In this document: positions 58,489 to 64,000 of the stretch, one piece after another
Position numbering within the stretch: the stretch's first letter is position 1
Layout of the letters: each line of letters starts with the position of its first letter
Assembly (NCBI GenBank): GCA_944380265.1
Contig: CALWGY010000007.1
Span: forward strand, 230-64,229
Origin: an uncultured Clostridia bacterium
GTDB taxonomy: Bacteria; Bacillota; Clostridia; Christensenellales; UBA1242
Reading direction: 5' to 3'
Length of the DNA: 64,000 bases
The notes under the pieces: generated by a model
The model's database searches: none
Told to the model about the DNA's origin: nothing
The model's input: only the letters and a program-made list of their open reading frames with translations
Program-made: the position numbers and the translations under genes

Positions 58489-59415
58489 TTACTTATTTTG
58501 ATTAATAAAACTGTTTGCGTTTGTTGCTGCAATTGCGCCATCGGCACAAGCAGTTACAATTTGCCTTAATCTTTTAACCCTAACATCTCCACCTGCAAAA
58601 ACACCTGGCTGATTTGTTTCCAAATTATCATCAACAGCAACATAGCCGTGTTCATCCAAATGAATTGTGTTTCTAACAAGTTCGGTGTCAGGTTCTCTGC
58701 CAATGGCAATAAATGCACCGCTCACATTAACAGTTTTTTCTTCGCCAGCATCGTTAACAAATTTAACAGCGCTTAAAACATCTGTTCCCAAAAATTCTTT
58801 AACCATTGAATTGTGATTGATGTTTATGTTATGTTTATTGTTCATAATTTTTTCAAGTTCATCAAGCAAAATTTTTTGGCAAGTAAATGAAGGCAAGTTG
58901 TTAATTATGGTTATTGATTTTGCAATGTTACTTAAATAAATTGCATCTTGAACAGCACTGTTTCCGCCACCAACCAAAACAACATCTTGGTCCTTAAAAA
59001 TTGCACCATCACAAACAGCACAATAGCAAATGCCTCTGCCAATAAAGTCGGACTCTCCGTTAACACCCAAAGTTCTTGCTCTTGCACCCATACTTAAAAT
59101 TATTGTGTTAGCAAAAACTTCCTTGTCTTCAACAATAATTAAATTGTTCATTGGCGAAAAGTTTATTGATTTTACTTCACCATAAATTGTAACAGCACCC
59201 AAAAGTGTTGCTTGCTCGTGCATTTTTGTTGATAGTTCCATGCCACTAATGCTAACAAAACCCGGATAGTTCTTAACTTCATAAGTTAAACTTGTTTGAC
59301 CACCAATCATATTTTTTTCAATTATTGCAACACTTAGCCCACTTCTTAATGCATAAATTGCTGCTGTTAATCCACAAGGACCAGCACCAATAATCACAAC
59401 GTCATATTTTTCCAT
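58489..59415 (-). CDS. trxB: Thioredoxin reductase
   Basis: GAGPCG, CAVCDG, GGGNSA, VFAGGD. Start set to ATG 59415 behind AGGAG. Confidence 0.9.
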   Translation of the reverse strand: MEKYDVVIIGAGPCGLTAAIYALRSGLSVAIIEKNMIGGQTSLTYEVKNYPGFVSISGMELSTKMHEQATLLGAVTIYGEVKSINFSPMNNLIIVEDKEVFANTIILSMGARARTLGVNGESDFIGRGICYCAVCDGAIFKDQDVVLVGGGNSAVQDAIYLSNIAKSITIINNLPSFTCQKILLDELEKIMNNKHNININHNSMVKEFLGTDVLSAVKFVNDAGEEKTVNVSGAFIAIGREPDTELVRNTIHLDEHGYVAVDDNLETNQPGVFAGGDVRVKRLRQIVTACADGAIAATNANSFINQNK

Positions 59416-59476
59416 TTTATCTCCTAACAAGTTTTTACAATTATATCAAATAAATTTTCTTTAATCAAACAAACAA

Positions 59477-60001
59477 CTATTTAGCATCTTTTTTATTTTT
59501 TAGTTTTTCAACATATCTATTTTGCATTTTTTCCTTAATAAAGTTTTTATATTCATAAAACTGGTCATCAATTTTCATAATTAACGCATCATTGTTTGCT
59601 AAACAAATTAATAAATAATTTTTTTCTTCAATCATTTTAACAATTTTGTTGTAATCAAAACTTTGAGTTATGGTTTGATCATTAACTTTTGATGTTATGT
59701 TTAATGTGTTGCCAAACACATATTCAATTTCCACATTATGATTTTTCAAGTTTTTTTTCATTTGTAGTTTTAAAAACACTTCTGGAAGCCCCACAAACAA
59801 AATAAGCACCAAACCTGTTGCCACAAACAAACAAATTGCAATATCAATTTTTTTAAGCACCACCGAAACAATTGCTAAAATAATAAATGCAAAAGCAAAA
59901 ATTAACGAACCAATTCTGGTTTGTTTAATCATTCCTTTTTGGCTTAGCATAATTAAATCTAGGTCATATTTTGTAACGTTTTTATACATTTTTTTCTCCA
60001 A
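59477..60001 (-). CDS. YcxB-like membrane protein
   Basis: Two TM helices followed by a YcxB-like soluble domain. Confidence 0.55.
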   Translation of the reverse strand: MEKKMYKNVTKYDLDLIMLSQKGMIKQTRIGSLIFAFAFIILAIVSVVLKKIDIAICLFVATGLVLILFVGLPEVFLKLQMKKNLKNHNVEIEYVFGNTLNITSKVNDQTITQSFDYNKIVKMIEEKNYLLICLANNDALIMKIDDQFYEYKNFIKEKMQNRYVEKLKNKKDAK

Positions 60002-60134
60002 CTAATTCTAGTTTATTATACCATAATAAAATAATTTACCAAATTTAATAATTAATTAATTTTTAAAACTAAACTAATTTGACTAAATTTAAAATATATT
60101 TTAAAATTGATAAAAAAAATTTTAAGGTGTTACC

Positions 60135-60599
60135 ATGTCGGAAAAAGATGTTACCAAATACTTCACAAAACTTGGCATACAAAACAAAATTATAACTTTA
60201 AACCAATCAGCTGCAACAGTTGCACTTGCTGCACAAGCATTAAATTGTGAAGAAAAGCAAATTGCAAAATCGTTAACATTTTGGCTAAATGACCAGCCAA
60301 TTATGATTGTTTGCGCTGGCAACGCAAAAGTTGACAATAAAAAATTTAAGGAAACTTTTGGCGTTAAGGCAAAAATGTTAACCCCACCAGAAGTTGAAAC
60401 GCACATCGGCCACAAAGTGGGTGGTGTTTGTCCTTTTGGAATTAAAGATGGCGTTAAGGTTTTTTTAGATGAATCTTTAAAACAAATGGAAGTTGTTTAC
60501 CCTTCTGCTGGCAACGTTAATGTTGTAACAAAATTAACAATTGAAGAACTTGAAAAATATTCAAACTTCACAAAATGGGTTTGTGTTACAAACTATTAA
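60135..60599 (+). CDS. YbaK/EbsC family aminoacyl-tRNA deacylase
   Basis: ATVALAA, IAKSL, GGVCPFG, VFLDESL, PSAG. Confidence 0.92.
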   Translation: MSEKDVTKYFTKLGIQNKIITLNQSAATVALAAQALNCEEKQIAKSLTFWLNDQPIMIVCAGNAKVDNKKFKETFGVKAKMLTPPEVETHIGHKVGGVCPFGIKDGVKVFLDESLKQMEVVYPSAGNVNVVTKLTIEELEKYSNFTKWVCVTNY

Positions 60600-60664
60600 C
60601 CCTAAACTTTAAATTATCTTAAATTAAAATATAAATATAATAAAAAATTAAGAGGCTTAAATTT

Positions 60665-61558
60665 TTAAGTCTCTTTTTTTGCCTTGCACGGATTAACATG
60701 CACAAAGCAATCTTTAACAAAATAAAAATTGTTTTTAGTTTCAATTTCAACATTTTCAGCAATTTTGTGTGCATCAATTAACGTTAAATTTTCATTTGCA
60801 CAAATGTCCACTTCAACAAAAACTTTGTCGCCAAATTTTCTGGTTTTTAAATTGTCAATTTTCAAAACTCCATCAATTTTAACAATAACATTAAAAATTT
60901 TGTTTTCAGTTTCTTCATCGCATGCCTCATCAGTCATTTTTCTAATTGCATCAACAAAAATTGAAATCGATGCCTTAACAATAAACAAACATATAACAAT
61001 GCTTGCAATTGCATCTAAAATTGGAACACCCAACATTGCACCAACAACTCCAACCAAACTGCCAACAGAACTTAATGCATCGCTTCTGTGGTGCCAAGCA
61101 TCGGCACAAAGAGCACTTGAATTAATTTTTTTTGCTGCCCTAATTGTGTACCAATACATTGCTTCCTTAACCACAATTGAAACAACCGCCGAAACCAGTG
61201 CCAAAGTTCCAATTGTTAAAGCACCATAGTTTTGTGTAATAATTTTGTTAATGCCAACATATCCAATGCTTAGCCCTGTTGCACAAAGCATTATCGACAA
61301 AATTATTGCTGCAACACATTCAAACCTTTCATGCCCAAATTCATGATTTTTATCCGATTTTTTGTTTGAAATTTTAACGCCAAACATAACAACAAAGGTG
61401 CTTAAAACATCACTGCCTGTGTGAACAGCATCGGAAATTGTTGCAATTGAATGCGTTAAAATTCCTGCAATAAATTTAAATATCATTAACAAAAAATTGC
61501 AAATAATTGTGATTATTGAAACTTTATAAGCCAATTTTTTGTTGCTAATTAGTTCCAT
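60665..61558 (-). CDS. Cation diffusion facilitator (FieF-like)
   Basis: SDAVHTGSD, HEFGHERFE, ADAWHHRSDALSS, VHVNP. Confidence 0.93.
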   Translation of the reverse strand: MELISNKKLAYKVSIITIICNFLLMIFKFIAGILTHSIATISDAVHTGSDVLSTFVVMFGVKISNKKSDKNHEFGHERFECVAAIILSIMLCATGLSIGYVGINKIITQNYGALTIGTLALVSAVVSIVVKEAMYWYTIRAAKKINSSALCADAWHHRSDALSSVGSLVGVVGAMLGVPILDAIASIVICLFIVKASISIFVDAIRKMTDEACDEETENKIFNVIVKIDGVLKIDNLKTRKFGDKVFVEVDICANENLTLIDAHKIAENVEIETKNNFYFVKDCFVHVNPCKAKKET

Positions 61559-61666
61559 AAATTTTCTCCAAGAAAAAACAAAAATTTAAGCACAGCAATT
61601 TTGCCTGCTTAATTCATACTATTCCAAGTTTTAAAAAGTTGCTAAGAAAATATAAGTTTAGTTTAT

Positions 61667-61695
61667 AAAAAAAACACCAGTAAAACTGGTGCTTT
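61667..61695 (-). terminator. Terminator ending the oapA-ORF transcript
   Basis: Minus strand AAAGCACCAG-TTTTA-CTGGTGTTTTTTTT. Confidence 0.75.
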
Positions 61696-61745
61696 CTCAT
61701 TGTTAATAAAGAAAGATAGGTTAAATAACTTATTTGTTTAATTTT

Positions 61746-62018
61746 TTACAATGCAATTGAACTAATTTTTTTAAGGCGTTTAAAAGGAATTGGTGTTGTT
61801 CTGGTTGAAACATTTTTGTCAATCCTTAAAACTTTTGCTTTTAACAATGTGTTGTTTTTACCAAATGGAACATAAACAAAATCGTTTTCCTTTAAAGCAA
61901 CAATTTCAGTTATGTACCAATAAATTTCTCCTTTAAAATCACCATCAACAATTTCAACTTTTGCTAAATTTACAAAATCAATTTCTTGCAGTTTTCCACC
62001 TGCCATTGAATGAATCAT
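61746..62018 (-). CDS. Small beta-barrel-like protein with a KOW-like motif, directly downstream of oapA
   Basis: ATG 62018 behind AAGGTG, 17 nt after the oapA stop; KVEIVDGDFKGE and VYVPFG motifs. Confidence 0.7.
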   Translation of the reverse strand: MIHSMAGGKLQEIDFVNLAKVEIVDGDFKGEIYWYITEIVALKENDFVYVPFGKNNTLLKAKVLRIDKNVSTRTTPIPFKRLKKISSIAL

Positions 62019-62035
62019 AACTAACACCTTAATTA

Positions 62036-62818
62036 CTAATTTTGTTGATTAATAGTTTCATCTTTTAAATCTGATTTTTCACTTTCAACATCATTTAATG
62101 TTTCTTTATTTTTATCAGTAGTTATATTATCGCTAATTTTTTCAGCATTTGTTTGAGAACTGCTTAAATCAGTAACATCACTTCCCTTGTAATCTTTGTT
62201 TTTGATGTTATTTTTTTTATTTTTGTTGTTTTTGGCTGTTGCCTTACTGCTTTTCTTAAAACTAAAAATGCTCATAACTTTTCCAATAATTAAAATTATT
62301 TGGTCGCAATATTTAAGCGAAAATTTTTTCATTAAAGCCTTGCCACAAATTAAAAGTGAGGCAATAACAGCCGAAACCAACGATGCCACCACAATTCCAG
62401 CAAATTCAGACATGTTTTGTTTGATTAATGATGTTGTAACAGCAGCACCCGCAGCACCACTCAAAATTCCACAAATATCACCTAAAATATCGGCAAATAT
62501 GCTGGAAACTCGGTCAGCATTTTTTTGCAAAATTATCGCTTCTTTTGCACCTCTAACTTTTTTTGCAGCCATTGCACGAAAATTTTTTTCATCACATGAA
62601 GCAACTGCCATACCAATCATATCGGTGATAATTGCAATGATTAAAAACACAATAATAACAATAATCGAAATAATAATGCTTGCCTCGTTTAATGCAACTT
62701 CACTTAAAATACCAAATGCCATTGATAAACAAAAAGACAAAACAAGCACAATAAGTGGCCACTTAAAATATTTAGCGAACTTTGATTGATTTTTTTTCTT
62801 TCTGGGGTTTGCAGACAT
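62036..62818 (-). CDS. oapA: OLE-associated protein A (DUF21/CNNM-like TM protein) with a charged C-terminal tail
   Basis: TDMIGMA, FRAMAAKKVRGAKEAI, NADRVSSIFADILGDICGILSG (D-x3-D), GKA; lies just downstream of the OLE RNA. Confidence 0.9.
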   Translation of the reverse strand: MSANPRKKKNQSKFAKYFKWPLIVLVLSFCLSMAFGILSEVALNEASIIISIIVIIVFLIIAIITDMIGMAVASCDEKNFRAMAAKKVRGAKEAIILQKNADRVSSIFADILGDICGILSGAAGAAVTTSLIKQNMSEFAGIVVASLVSAVIASLLICGKALMKKFSLKYCDQIILIIGKVMSIFSFKKSSKATAKNNKNKKNNIKNKDYKGSDVTDLSSSQTNAEKISDNITTDKNKETLNDVESEKSDLKDETINQQN

Positions 62819-62942
62819 ATTAAAAAAATATTCTCCTTTTAGTTTTAACACTATTCTATCATATTTTATATTATATTGTTTAACATTTTTGTTTTATTAA
62901 TTAAAAATACAATAATTAACAAAACAAAAAATGTGATATATT

Positions 62943-62974
62943 AAAAAAATAGAGCCCAGATAATTAAGGGCTCT
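62943..62974 (-). terminator. Intrinsic terminator immediately after OLE
   Basis: Minus strand AGAGCCC-TTAATTATCT-GGGCTCT-ATTTTTTT. Confidence 0.8.
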
Positions 62975-62975
62975 A

Positions 62976-63535
62976 CGAAGACCACAGAATTAGTAAACCT
63001 TGTGTCATAGGTTCGGTCGGATTTCCCAGCCTTGTACTTAACGTCACCGTTAAAGCAGTTTCCTTTTAAACAAGACATAACACCGAATCGCCACTCAGAA
63101 CACACTATAATCCTACTTCTGCTAGCTACCCAGCAACAGTCTAGAAGTTTTCCTTAACAACCACATTTACTATTCGCTTGTTTTGCAAACATAGTTTCAT
63201 AGAAAGATGTGAATCAACTTTGGCCAAAATTAATTCGCATATATAATCTAATCCCCAGTATGCTCACTCAAAGCAGGCTACTCTGCACACGGCTTTTACC
63301 GCATTGCAGGTTCTTACCAAGAGAGTGGAAAATTTAATTTGCACCCTGTTTGGTCTCCGCGAAAATTGGGTCGACAGCTATATGCCATTATAACCTGCCC
63401 AATAATCTTAACTTCCAGCACAAACCCCAATTTGGGCAATCAAAGCTTGCACCAGAAACTTCATCGATGTGCCCTTCGACGCTATTTGCTTCGTCGTCCT
63501 AGCAATTGTGATTGACTAGAATACTGCATCTTCAC
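62976..63535 (-). ncRNA. ole: OLE (ornate, large, extremophilic) RNA
   Basis: Minus strand shows the OLE hallmarks UGCAGUAUUCUAGUCA, AAGGGCACAUCGAUGAAGUU.CUGGUGC, UGUGCUGG.AGUUAA, GAACCUGCAAUG and UGCAG.GUAGCCUGC.UUGAGUG. The 5' GAAGAUGCAG pairs with 3' CUGUGGUCUUC, and oapA lies downstream. Confidence 0.93.
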
Positions 63536-63541
63536 AATATA

Positions 63542-63571
63542 ATTATATCATATCACACAAAAAAAAATCAA
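63542..63571 (-). promoter_or_regulatory. Sigma-A promoter for ole
   Basis: TTGATT-18 nt-(TGa)TATAAT ending ~7 nt before the OLE 5' end. Confidence 0.75.
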
Positions 63572-63703
63572 CTACTCGCAATTGCGTCAAACATTGTCCC
63601 AAACATAACTACAAATTGTTAAGATTCAAAATTTTATTAACTTACATTTAAACATTAATTTGTTAAATTAAAGCCGTGAAATTAAATTTGCATTCTTGTA
63701 AAT

Positions 63704-64000
63704 TTGTTTATAAAAACAAAAAAACCAAGTATTTCTACTTGGCTTATTTGGCTCCTCAAGCAGGGGCGACGCGTTAAGAAAAGTTGCCTGTGGCAAGTTT
63801 TTAGCCAGTGAGCAATGCGAACGACAAGCCGGGAGCAACTTGTTTGCGGTCTGGGTCCGACAGGACCGAACCGTGGGTTCGAATCCGTGTTTTTATAGGT
63901 TTGTTTAAAAAACAAAAAAAACCAAGTATTTCTACTTGGTCTATTTGGCTCCTCAAGCAGGGGCGACGCGTTAAGAAAAGTTGCCAGTGGCAAGTTTTTA
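63704..64000 (-). repeat. Tandem 197-bp repeat of the tRNA-associated element (1.5 units visible); each unit ends in a tRNA-Asn-like 3' tail plus terminator
   Basis: TGGCTCCTCAAGCAGG at 63749 and 63946; terminator CCAAGTATTTCTACTTGG at 63725 and 63922; core matches window 1-74. Confidence 0.9.

Noticed and set aside
62976-63535. tmRNA, RNase P RNA or group I/II intron
   Set aside because: Their signature motifs are absent; the OLE motifs and downstream oapA explain the region
63810-63895. Possible tRNA gene on + strand because of GGTTCGAATCC
   Set aside because: No acceptor stem, D-arm, anticodon arm or CCA can be built around it
63682-63993. 103-aa ORF over the tandem repeat
   Set aside because: It lies entirely within the non-coding repeat and runs through terminators; no RBS or protein features
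63704-64000. CRISPR array
   Set aside because: Units are 197 bp and near-identical throughout, with no unique spacers and no cas genes

Overview
This is an AT-rich chromosomal window from a spore-forming Bacillota, probably Clostridia. Most genes lie on the minus strand. Housekeeping genes include rpsT, holA, comEC, minDE, uvrAB, hflX, rplM-rpsI, typA, ung, glmM and trxB. Sporulation genes include gpr, spoIVFA/FB, a spoVB-like flippase, a DUF421/DUF4363 pair, a LysM protein and a Cys-rich protein with a SigK-like promoter. There are also two large single-pass surface proteins and several orphans. Two ncRNAs are missing from the ORF track: a large Bacillus-type SRP RNA (53530-53797, -) and an OLE RNA (~62976-63535, -), which is followed by oapA and a small ORF with a KOW-like motif. 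The strongest candidate for an undescribed system is a short palindromic non-coding element found at both window ends. Each copy ends in the 3' tail of a tRNA (Leu-like at the start, Asn-like at the end) followed by a terminator, and the one complete copy carries an antisense tRNA T-arm. At the right end it repeats in tandem with a 197-bp period. Other oddities are a stand-alone, compact OLE with its own promoter and terminator, an S20 with a histone-like tail, two adjacent degenerate actin-fold proteins, a near-perfect 82-nt four-way junction and a probable ATT start codon. No CRISPR array, rRNA, complete tRNA, transposase or integrase was seen. All family calls come from motif recognition by eye; no searches were run.
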